Virus record (IMG/VR): IMGVR_UViG_3300035698_018446
Origin: an uncultured virus (IMG/VR IMGVR_UViG_3300035698_018446)
Lineage: Duplodnaviria > Heunggongvirae > Uroviricota > Caudoviricetes
Direction: 5' to 3' (one strand)
DNA length: 64,000 nucleotides
Below are positions 36,995 through 45,024 of this stretch, one piece after another (position 1 is the stretch's first letter; every line of letters begins with the position of its first letter). The notes beneath the pieces are model-generated. The model was not told the origin of the DNA and did no database searches. It saw only the letters and a program-made list of their open reading frames with translations. Position numbers and translations under genes: made by a program.

Positions 36995-37534
36995 ATGCGA
37001 AAGGCAGATTATTATGTTCTGGATCTAGAGCTTACACATTCTTCATACTTGATTGAAATTGGCGTCACACATGTATACGGCGAAGTGTTGACAACATTCT
37101 TCCACACTCTCGTACAACCTCATGTGGATCTGGATAAACATGTCTCTGTCCTAACAGGGATAACCGCTGCTATGCTCAAAGACGCCCCTCCGGAAGAAGA
37201 GTGCCTTATACATTTTATAGCATGTTTTTCAGAAGTGCAACATCCAAATATACTAGTTTGGGGGGAGGATGAAAAGATACTACGGAAAGTTGCGAATCGG
37301 TATAAGATGACGCATCTTCTCAAGGATTTTGTATTCTATGACTTGCGCAACTTACTTCCTTTTCTCAGGTTCTGGTGTGGAGACATCGTGCCAACAAACA
37401 AGAATTCTTTATGGGCAGTGGCACAATCGCTAGGGATTACTCAAGAAGATCAAGCGCACCGTGCTTTAGACGATGCGTGGATCACTTCAAAAGTCATGTC
37501 TCTTTTGATGGGTAGACTTTTGAATATTAGCTGA
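36995..37534 (+). CDS. DEDDh 3'-5' exonuclease (DnaQ-like)
   Basis: ExoI DLE, LTGIT, ExoIII HRALDDA. Confidence 0.88.
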   Translation: MRKADYYVLDLELTHSSYLIEIGVTHVYGEVLTTFFHTLVQPHVDLDKHVSVLTGITAAMLKDAPPEEECLIHFIACFSEVQHPNILVWGEDEKILRKVANRYKMTHLLKDFVFYDLRNLLPFLRFWCGDIVPTNKNSLWAVAQSLGITQEDQAHRALDDAWITSKVMSLLMGRLLNIS

Positions 37535-39431
37535 TGTCGTTCTCAACCCTGTACGTTGATAGATGAGCCTGAATCTTTTCAAGTCTTCCTTCAGCTTTCT
37601 TTCCCATAAGCATCGTGAAGACTTCTTCACACGAATCAAGGTCAAGCGGCCATTCCACCTGAATCAAGCTGCGGGAGTTTGGATCCATCGTCGTCTCTTT
37701 GAGATCTGACGCGCGCATTTCTCCTAATCCCTTAAAACGGGACACTTCGGGGTTCTTTTTGTGATGCTTCTTGAGCAGACGATCACGCTCCGCGTCGTTC
37801 ATCGCCCACAATTTGTCTTTGCCCATACTCAGGGAGAAAAGTGGAGGTTGGGCAATGTAGACATGTCCATTTCGGATGAGGTCGGGCATGTGGCGGTAGA
37901 AGAACGTCAGTAGAAGGGATACGATATGCCCACCATCAGAGTCCGCGTCCATTAGCAAGATGACACGCTCGTATCGAAGATCCGTGATATTGAACTTCTT
38001 ACCCAAGCCGCATCCTAAAGTCTCTACCAAGGCTTCAATCTCTTTATTGAAGAGGAGGTCTTCTGCTCGGATACGATCTGTGTTGAGGATCTTACCTCGC
38101 AGCGGAAGCACAGCCTGAGCATGTCGGTTTCTCGCTTGCTTGGCAGACCCACCTGCGGAGTCACCTTCCACCAGAAAGACTTCCCGATCTTCGCGGACCG
38201 TGTTTAGACACTCTGCCAGCTTTCCGGGCAGTACAGGTCGATTGTCTTTCTTCTTGGACGTGCCTATTTCTTGCTTTTTTTGGTGCAGTCGCAGCTGTCT
38301 ATTTTCGTAGACGTAATCTAAGAGCAATCTGGCTTGTGTGGGGTTGCTCGTCAAGAAATGCTCCACAGCGCCAAACACAATTTTTTGGATCGTGCCTTGA
38401 TACTGCGGCGCATAGAGCTTTGCCTTCAAGTTCCCCTCAAAGCTGATCTCGCCTCGGATCGTCAACGCCAACACGAATCGCAAGCCGCCCTTAATGTCTT
38501 CATTCTGGAGCGGCGATTTCTTACTCTGAACAAGCTCGTCATATTGTCTCAAGGCTTGCAGCAGACCCATTGTTAAGCCCGTCTCATGGCTTCCACCGTC
38601 GTATGTGGGTATCATGTTGACAAAGCTCGCGGATCGCGTGTCGCGGGCTCTAACCCAGCCTAGGATTAGATTCAACGTCAGGTTATCTTGCGTCCTGTTA
38701 AGGTCTAGCGATTTTTCCACTACGGGCTCTTGCGTTTCCCCCTCTTGCGTGCATATTTCTGGAAATAGAGCCTTGATACCATCCTTGAACAGAAACACTT
38801 CCTCTCTATCCCCGCAGCGCAGGGTGAACGTCACGCCTGCGAGGATGTGAGCTTTGTTCTTGATCGATGTTCTGATCTTATCATACTCCAGTCTCTTGTG
38901 GTCAAAGAGCGCGAACAAGGGCTTGAATCGTACCGTAGATCCCCGTTTGGAGTCCGCTGGAACCCGATCTCTCGTGTCAATCGACACCACATCGCCATCC
39001 ACAGTCCTAAAGACCGTGACCACTTCTCCATGCACGACAGTTGCTGTAAGATACTCCGACAAGAAATTGACTACCGAAGCGCCGACACCGTGCAGACCTC
39101 CCGACGCGGCATAGCTATTTTGATCAAATTTTCCGCCCGCATGGAACTTTAAGAACACCATTTCAATGCCACGAACTCCCGTCACGGTATTGATATCAAC
39201 GGGTATGCCACGACCATTATCTTTGACCTCAATCTCTTGACCGTCTTCAGCCAGCCATATATCTATCTTAGACGCATGGTTGTTCAAGGCTTCGTCACAA
39301 GAGTTGTCCAAGATTTCCGCGACGAGATGATGCAGCCCACGAATGTCTGTGGAACCAATATACATGTTAGGGCGCAACCTTACCGCTTCTTTCTCGGTGA
39401 GGACACGAATTTCATTACTACCGTAACTCAT
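37527..39431 (-). CDS. gyrB: type IIA topoisomerase B subunit (GyrB/ParE)
   Basis: RPNMYIG, EILDNSCDE, DNGRGIP, GGLHGVG, EGDSAGG, PLRGK, TOPRIM DADSDG, RFKGLGEM; gyrase versus topo IV not resolved. Confidence 0.9.
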   Translation of the reverse strand: MSYGSNEIRVLTEKEAVRLRPNMYIGSTDIRGLHHLVAEILDNSCDEALNNHASKIDIWLAEDGQEIEVKDNGRGIPVDINTVTGVRGIEMVFLKFHAGGKFDQNSYAASGGLHGVGASVVNFLSEYLTATVVHGEVVTVFRTVDGDVVSIDTRDRVPADSKRGSTVRFKPLFALFDHKRLEYDKIRTSIKNKAHILAGVTFTLRCGDREEVFLFKDGIKALFPEICTQEGETQEPVVEKSLDLNRTQDNLTLNLILGWVRARDTRSASFVNMIPTYDGGSHETGLTMGLLQALRQYDELVQSKKSPLQNEDIKGGLRFVLALTIRGEISFEGNLKAKLYAPQYQGTIQKIVFGAVEHFLTSNPTQARLLLDYVYENRQLRLHQKKQEIGTSKKKDNRPVLPGKLAECLNTVREDREVFLVEGDSAGGSAKQARNRHAQAVLPLRGKILNTDRIRAEDLLFNKEIEALVETLGCGLGKKFNITDLRYERVILLMDADSDGGHIVSLLLTFFYRHMPDLIRNGHVYIAQPPLFSLSMGKDKLWAMNDAERDRLLKKHHKKNPEVSRFKGLGEMRASDLKETTMDPNSRSLIQVEWPLDLDSCEEVFTMLMGKKAEGRLEKIQAHLSTYRVENDIS

Positions 39432-39553
39432 GCTATTCTCTTTATGCTGGGTGTATTATGATGCCATCGCCTTGGGGGCTGCATCCCAAACGTCACAGGC
39501 TCCTCGGCCCATTTCTGCCACAATGCCAAATGACACACAACAGGGAAAATAAA

Positions 39554-39994
39554 ATGAAACTCGTTGACCTCTCGGAAAAGGCGTGGTCAGATCTACATGC
39601 ACGCCTTCTCAGGGCGCTTCGATCCGTCCTCTTTCATGTGGATCATGAAGACCTCTGCCAGCAAGCCTATTTGATTTTATGGCAAAATAAAGACTTCACC
39701 TTTGACACGATGCGGGGCCTGTACGCCCTTTGCTTTACAATCTGCAAAAGAAGAGGTTACAATTTGTCAAGGGATCGGCTCTGTTTCATGGAGAATATTC
39801 CTGAAACAAGCTACGAGCCGCGAATGGAAGTCTTAATGGACCTGAAAAGAAATCCAATATCAAACACTCTCTACTATCGCGTTCAAGGTTACACTCTACA
39901 AGAAGTGTCTCTGATGGAGGGGAGGGCCTTATCTGTTGTTCACAAGGCCGTTCAGAAAGAGCTTGCGATTATTCAAAGCCAACATGATCGCTAA
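39554..39994 (+). CDS. divergent sigma70/ECF-like sigma factor
   Basis: Region-2-like DHEDLCQQAYLILWQ and region-4-like GYTLQEVSLMEGRALSVV HTH. Confidence 0.65.
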   Translation: MKLVDLSEKAWSDLHARLLRALRSVLFHVDHEDLCQQAYLILWQNKDFTFDTMRGLYALCFTICKRRGYNLSRDRLCFMENIPETSYEPRMEVLMDLKRNPISNTLYYRVQGYTLQEVSLMEGRALSVVHKAVQKELAIIQSQHDR

Positions 39995-40120
39995 TCTGTT
40001 AATAGCTTGTCTAAAGTAAGGGAAGTGTACAACCGCCTCGTAGGGCTGGTGGGGAATGAAGAGGGGGGTCATGTCGCACAAACATGATCCCCCTCTTTCG
40101 TGTTACAGAAAGGGGGATTT

Positions 40121-40456
40121 ATGTTGGAAGATGAGACGACAGTGCCAGAAGTAGAGTCAGCGCTCGTCCCTACTTTAGCGGAGTTAAATAGAGATCTCCA
40201 CAGGTATATATCTCTTTTATCCCACTCTTTTCTTTTGGAATATGAAGCATCTATTTCAAAAGCTTCATGGAACACAGAAGAAAGCATGTTGCAAGTGTGG
40301 TTATTCGCCACGTCTTCTGAGTCTAAGCATGTTCGAGATAAGAACTTTTGGTACAACGAAGCTGAGGGTTTCGCTAGTTATCTCAGAGTCAAGCTCGATA
40401 AAGACATCATCTTGACAATAGAGATTAAGACAAAAGAGACGCGATCCACGTCTTGA
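40121..40456 (+). CDS. hypothetical protein
   Basis: SD AAGGGGG before ATG 40121. Confidence 0.6.
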   Translation: MLEDETTVPEVESALVPTLAELNRDLHRYISLLSHSFLLEYEASISKASWNTEESMLQVWLFATSSESKHVRDKNFWYNEAEGFASYLRVKLDKDIILTIEIKTKETRSTS

Positions 40457-40817
40457 TGGCAGAGCTGAAGTACCCTAGCAACAGACCGAAAACACCAAGC
40501 GCCCCGTACCATCTCGCATGTGTCTTTTCGATCACATCTAATCGGAGTGCTAAGGCTTCAGTGTCTTTCTTTTTTGCGATCACTTGATTCAATTCTATGA
40601 CCTTCTCTTCAAGTTCTCGGATATCTTTACGGCGGGCATGTGCCTCCTCTTTAAGTTCTTTTTCAAATTCTTTCAAATCGAGACGGTATGTCTTGTTCAA
40701 CACATTTTCTGAGCGAAGATCTGCAACTTCAGAACGAAAACCATCGACATGTTCGCGCATAGATTCTACTGCATCTAACGATTGCATGAGAATTCGGACT
40801 GTGATGTCGTCAGCCAT
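40425..40817 (-). CDS. coiled-coil protein with C-terminal transmembrane helix (possibly lysis-related)
   Basis: Long heptad region followed by WYGALGVFGLLLGYF. Confidence 0.65.
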   Translation of the reverse strand: MADDITVRILMQSLDAVESMREHVDGFRSEVADLRSENVLNKTYRLDLKEFEKELKEEAHARRKDIRELEEKVIELNQVIAKKKDTEALALRLDVIEKTHARWYGALGVFGLLLGYFSSAIKTWIASLLS

Positions 40818-40913
40818 AATATACATCCCCCTTGGTGGTGTAAGATACTTGCGGATACTATAATAGCCTTTATAAAAAAGGTTTGGTGTTTGAAATGTTA
40901 TGGGGAGGTTTTA

Positions 40914-41114
40914 ATGTCGGGATTATATGTCATGGTAGATGATTTTTCCGTACACGCGCGGGTGTGCGCGAGCAATACTCAGGCTGTATCTTTGGAGGTG
41001 GTAAATCGGGGTAGGGTTACTTACGAGGTATGGCCCCGGTCTTTATTTGACAAACACTATGTGGAAATTGATGTTGCTTTGGAGGTCCCGGCTCATGTCG
41101 AAAAAGATGGTTGA
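40914..41114 (+). CDS. hypothetical protein
   Basis: SD GGAGGT before ATG 40914. Confidence 0.55.
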   Translation: MSGLYVMVDDFSVHARVCASNTQAVSLEVVNRGRVTYEVWPRSLFDKHYVEIDVALEVPAHVEKDG

Positions 41115-41460
41115 GGCTGAGGTACGCAAAGCGCCCGGAGAAGACCTTGAGCAAGATCATGAAACCCTGTACGTTTTTGTTGCAGCCCTCCACCGAAGTT
41201 ATGCGAGCATATATATCACGATGATGTATTTTTTCAGCCTCGTTGCACGCGCTCAATCTTTGCTGGGTTCTATGTTTTCGATCTTTAGTCATATGGTGTT
41301 TGTGTTTCAAGTTGAGAGTCGAATCTTGCATTGTGAAATATCTGAGCGTATCGTGGTCCACAGGTACCAAGGGAATTCCTATTTAGACTCAACTGTCATT
41401 GTAGGCTGGATCCCCTTCGCTTCTAAAATCAAATGGCTTCTTACCGCAGAGTTGGAATGA
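41107..41460 (+). CDS. hypothetical protein
   Basis: Overlaps the upstream stop. Confidence 0.4.
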   Translation: MVEAEVRKAPGEDLEQDHETLYVFVAALHRSYASIYITMMYFFSLVARAQSLLGSMFSIFSHMVFVFQVESRILHCEISERIVVHRYQGNSYLDSTVIVGWIPFASKIKWLLTAELE

Positions 41461-41515
41461 TACACTTCCTACTGTTTTTGTGTCAAGTTTACTCATGGTT
41501 CACGGGAGATTGGAC

Positions 41516-42157
41516 ATGAAAGAATCTGACCTCAGCGGCCCGCTCACGCATTACCTCCTGTCTTTGGGTTACTGCGTGCATGGAGAAGTGTCTGTCTTTG
41601 ATCGATCACGCACGATTGATCATGTTGCGCACACGGGTCCATGCCATTGTCCCGAATACATGTTGTTCTTTGAGATGAAGACAGCTTTCAACAAAGATAT
41701 TGTTCAACAAACAATATGGTCGGATCTTGGACACTATGCCGATGGTCTCTATTTTGTAACCCCACAAAAGAGGGGGTACGCTGACACGCACCCCCTCTGG
41801 CAAGAAGTCCTTCTCAAGAAATGGTACGTTCAGCCGGGATGGATCACTTGTCAGGGTCAAATTCTGCACGTCATAGAAGATGCGAAACCGATATCTCAAA
41901 AGTACCACAAGAAGAACACCTATCGGGTTCTCTTGACGGATAAAAATAAGGACACTCAAGCGGGCTTCCGAAGCGGCGTCGTCGATGTTGACACACACTG
42001 GAAGGCGGGTGTTCGGTATGTTTCCTCAAAGGGCAAAGATGTTTCAATGGACAACTTGTTAGAGGATATGCCCCATTTTATGGCCGCTTATCGGCATCCA
42101 AAGCGTGCGTTGCAGCGGATGGTAGTGTTTTTGAAAAATCCCAAAAGGAAGCGATGA
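41516..42157 (+). CDS. putative PD-(D/E)xK nuclease-like protein
   Basis: MKESDL...GYCVHGEV...IDHVA...FEMK pattern. Confidence 0.6.
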   Translation: MKESDLSGPLTHYLLSLGYCVHGEVSVFDRSRTIDHVAHTGPCHCPEYMLFFEMKTAFNKDIVQQTIWSDLGHYADGLYFVTPQKRGYADTHPLWQEVLLKKWYVQPGWITCQGQILHVIEDAKPISQKYHKKNTYRVLLTDKNKDTQAGFRSGVVDVDTHWKAGVRYVSSKGKDVSMDNLLEDMPHFMAAYRHPKRALQRMVVFLKNPKRKR

Positions 42158-42471
42158 AACGATCGGCACACATTGTAAACGCCTATATGGACAGTCAAGC
42201 GAATCCCAACATCCTCACGCTTCACTGCAAGGATAGACACGGGAGTTGTCACGTCTTCTTCGACATCGTAGACGGAGGAAACCACACGGGCATTGTTGGT
42301 GTCCGTGGCGACAAGCTCAAAGCCTTCCCCCCCATGGGGTCTTCGATGAGTACCATTTTGAAATGGGTCCGTAGAGGGCCGGGGCGCGCCATAGATCATC
42401 CTTCCAAGGGATGGCTAGAGCAGCCCGATCAAAATCATTTCCTTTATCTGCGCATCCGATCTCAAGGTTAA
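42154..42471 (+). CDS. hypothetical protein
   Basis: ATGA overlap; MKRSAHIVNAYM N-terminus. Confidence 0.55.
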   Translation: MKRSAHIVNAYMDSQANPNILTLHCKDRHGSCHVFFDIVDGGNHTGIVGVRGDKLKAFPPMGSSMSTILKWVRRGPGRAIDHPSKGWLEQPDQNHFLYLRIRSQG

Positions 42472-42474
42472 AAA

Positions 42475-43026
42475 ATGCTCTACCGAATCAAACAAAATGA
42501 CGCTACTTTCAAGATATATCTGACCCTGAATCTCGCGGGCATTCCAGTTGACAGTATCGCGCCTGCGGACGTGGTGGCGGATCTCTCAAAAGATGGGGGA
42601 CCTCTCTCCATTCTGAATGTGATCACAGCCGCCCAATGGTTCGAGTTGGATCCTATTGAAGCCGTGGGTGTGTACGTCTTGACGCTACCTGCCTTCTGGG
42701 TTGACACGGTGGGGTCTTTGTATCTGCGGCTGCGGCCTGTGACGGCGGGCACTTTTGATTCACAAGTGGTGTCCATACAAGTGGAGCCCTATGCGCTGAC
42801 AGACCTGTACACACAGTCCACGCGAATTCTAGGGCTAAGTCAAGAAAACTTCCGTATGGATTCTCATGTTTATAACACGAGGGGGGAGCTTCTATCAGCT
42901 CGCGTGAGGATTTATGCGGACGCTGTAGACGCCGTAGCGGACATCGCTTCAATCGGAGAATACAACGTGACATCATCCTATGACGGATCAGGGCGTCTCA
43001 CAACCTATTTGATGACGAAGGTGTGA
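42475..43026 (+). CDS. putative virion structural protein
   Basis: Ig-like N-terminal domain plus C-terminal RILGxxQENFR...YDxxGRL domain shared with 43030-45015. Confidence 0.65.
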   Translation: MLYRIKQNDATFKIYLTLNLAGIPVDSIAPADVVADLSKDGGPLSILNVITAAQWFELDPIEAVGVYVLTLPAFWVDTVGSLYLRLRPVTAGTFDSQVVSIQVEPYALTDLYTQSTRILGLSQENFRMDSHVYNTRGELLSARVRIYADAVDAVADIASIGEYNVTSSYDGSGRLTTYLMTKV

Positions 43027-43029
43027 TTT

Positions 43030-45015
43030 ATGTTGCAATTTGAACAAGGTAAGGAAGCTCGGATTCCTTTCACTTTCTATTCCATTGCGAATGGTCAACC
43101 CTTGGCGGGTATTCTCGCAGGGGACGTGACATTGAATTATCGTCCTCCCGGCGTCTCAACTATCAATTTACCTTTGTCTTCCTCTAATTTCGTGGAAGTG
43201 GATAGCTTGGATCTGCCGGGGCTCTACCACATTACCCTGCCATCTACGTCTTTAGCTTCTAAAGGTCTGCTTTATATTCAAATTTCTCGTAATGTACCCG
43301 CCGATTTACAGTCACAAGTCTTGATCTTGGATGTAATACCGACTATCCAGTCTGCTTATCTAGGGCCTATCGAAAATCTCATCACAGCACAGATCCCTAA
43401 TGTGCAATTGCTGATCGCGGAGTGCGAACAGAACAATCCTCTTCCTGTTCCCGTGTATATCAGCTCCAAGAGACAACCTCTCACGGTGGGGCTGTCTCAG
43501 CTGGGGGTGCAGTATTCTGTGACAGAGTACATTAGTGGGGTGGCAATACCTGCCATCAACGCTTTAACTTTCATTTCAGAAGGGATGCATCTCTACACGC
43601 CTTCCTTCTCTCTTTGCGCAAATCTAGGGACTTCTACGGTCTCTATTGCGCCTTTATCCCAATGGCAGCTACGACAGACCACCGTCCCTTTCCCTCTTTT
43701 GGATGTGACGGGATATTTTGACTCTTTATCGTCTCAATACCATCTTTTAGCTGTGGAATCCGCCGCGCGTGTCGTGCAGTCTTTCGACGGTGGCGAGACG
43801 TGGAGTACCATAGCTTTCTTCCCCTTTTCACCCCTGTCATCTTTTCGATCTGTTGCTTCTAAAGATACGGGGTCTGCTATTGTTCAAGTAGTGGTAGGCG
43901 ACAGCAACAGATTCTTTTATCGCACCAATCCGAGCAATCCTTTCACCTCTTTCCCTCAGTTTTCGGGATCGGGGTACAATGGTGTCACGATAGACACAGA
44001 AAACTCAGTATGGGTGTGTGGCCCTAGCGGATTCATCAAATTCTTTGACGGTACAAGTCTTTTTGTGCAGAAAAGCAGCGGTCAATCTCTCAACGCCATT
44101 TACGCTCGCGGCTTTGGTACTGTGTGGTCTGTGGGCAATCAAGGCACCGTCTTCACCACAAATGATGGCGGTGCTTCATGGGTCAATGTGTCTTCTTTAT
44201 TCGGTTTCACTCTTCAAACCTTTCACGACATTTCGTTTTCAACGTATGGTTCAGGAAGAGGTTTTGTAGTGGGCGATGCGTGTTACAGGACTCTTGACGA
44301 TGGGTTATCTTGGACCCCGATAGCACTTCCAGATTCAAATGTGTACTACTCCGTAGAAATGGCGGACACGGATGACAAGGTTTGGATCTTCGGTTCGGGT
44401 GGTAAGATATTCTTTTCCGAAGACTTTGGTGATACATGGACTCTGCAAACAACACCTGACGATACGTCTACAATGTTTGGATCATTTATTTCTTTAGATG
44501 GTCTTTTTGGCGTCGCTGCGGGATCAGGTGGGCAGTCTTGGAAGTTTATCAACCCTCCGATTTTTGACCCTCTCATCTTCAACTACAATATCAAACCCAT
44601 TCTTAGTGATATACGCGGTCCTAGCTTTAACCCTGCCACAGACACTTTAGAGCAGATTCGTGACAGCATCGGATCTCCGGACTTCACCCCTGTTCTTACT
44701 TCTTTGAACGAGATAAGGGGTCTGGGCTTTAATTCTGCCACGGATAGCTTGGCGCAGAATCAAGACAATCTCACGAGTCTGGGAGCATCTTTGGATGGGG
44801 CTTTGGGTCGAATCTTGGGCATGGTACAAGAGAATTTCCGCACCTTCGATCAAGTGTACGACGTGAACAATGCTCTTGTAGAGTCTAAGATCCGAACGTA
44901 TCCTACTGCTTCTGATGTGAACGCGGATACGAACCCCTTGGCGGAGTATCTGATGACCGCATTGTATGACACAGCGGGCCGTCTCTTGGACTACAAAGTC
45001 ATCCGCACTTTCTGA
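43030..45015 (+). CDS. putative virion protein with BNR/Asp-box (Ycf48-like) beta-propeller
   Basis: Asp-boxes SFDGGETW, TNDGGASW, TLDDGLSW and SEDFGDTW. Confidence 0.75.
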   Translation: MLQFEQGKEARIPFTFYSIANGQPLAGILAGDVTLNYRPPGVSTINLPLSSSNFVEVDSLDLPGLYHITLPSTSLASKGLLYIQISRNVPADLQSQVLILDVIPTIQSAYLGPIENLITAQIPNVQLLIAECEQNNPLPVPVYISSKRQPLTVGLSQLGVQYSVTEYISGVAIPAINALTFISEGMHLYTPSFSLCANLGTSTVSIAPLSQWQLRQTTVPFPLLDVTGYFDSLSSQYHLLAVESAARVVQSFDGGETWSTIAFFPFSPLSSFRSVASKDTGSAIVQVVVGDSNRFFYRTNPSNPFTSFPQFSGSGYNGVTIDTENSVWVCGPSGFIKFFDGTSLFVQKSSGQSLNAIYARGFGTVWSVGNQGTVFTTNDGGASWVNVSSLFGFTLQTFHDISFSTYGSGRGFVVGDACYRTLDDGLSWTPIALPDSNVYYSVEMADTDDKVWIFGSGGKIFFSEDFGDTWTLQTTPDDTSTMFGSFISLDGLFGVAAGSGGQSWKFINPPIFDPLIFNYNIKPILSDIRGPSFNPATDTLEQIRDSIGSPDFTPVLTSLNEIRGLGFNSATDSLAQNQDNLTSLGASLDGALGRILGMVQENFRTFDQVYDVNNALVESKIRTYPTASDVNADTNPLAEYLMTALYDTAGRLLDYKVIRTF

Positions 45016-45024
45016 GGTCCTTAT

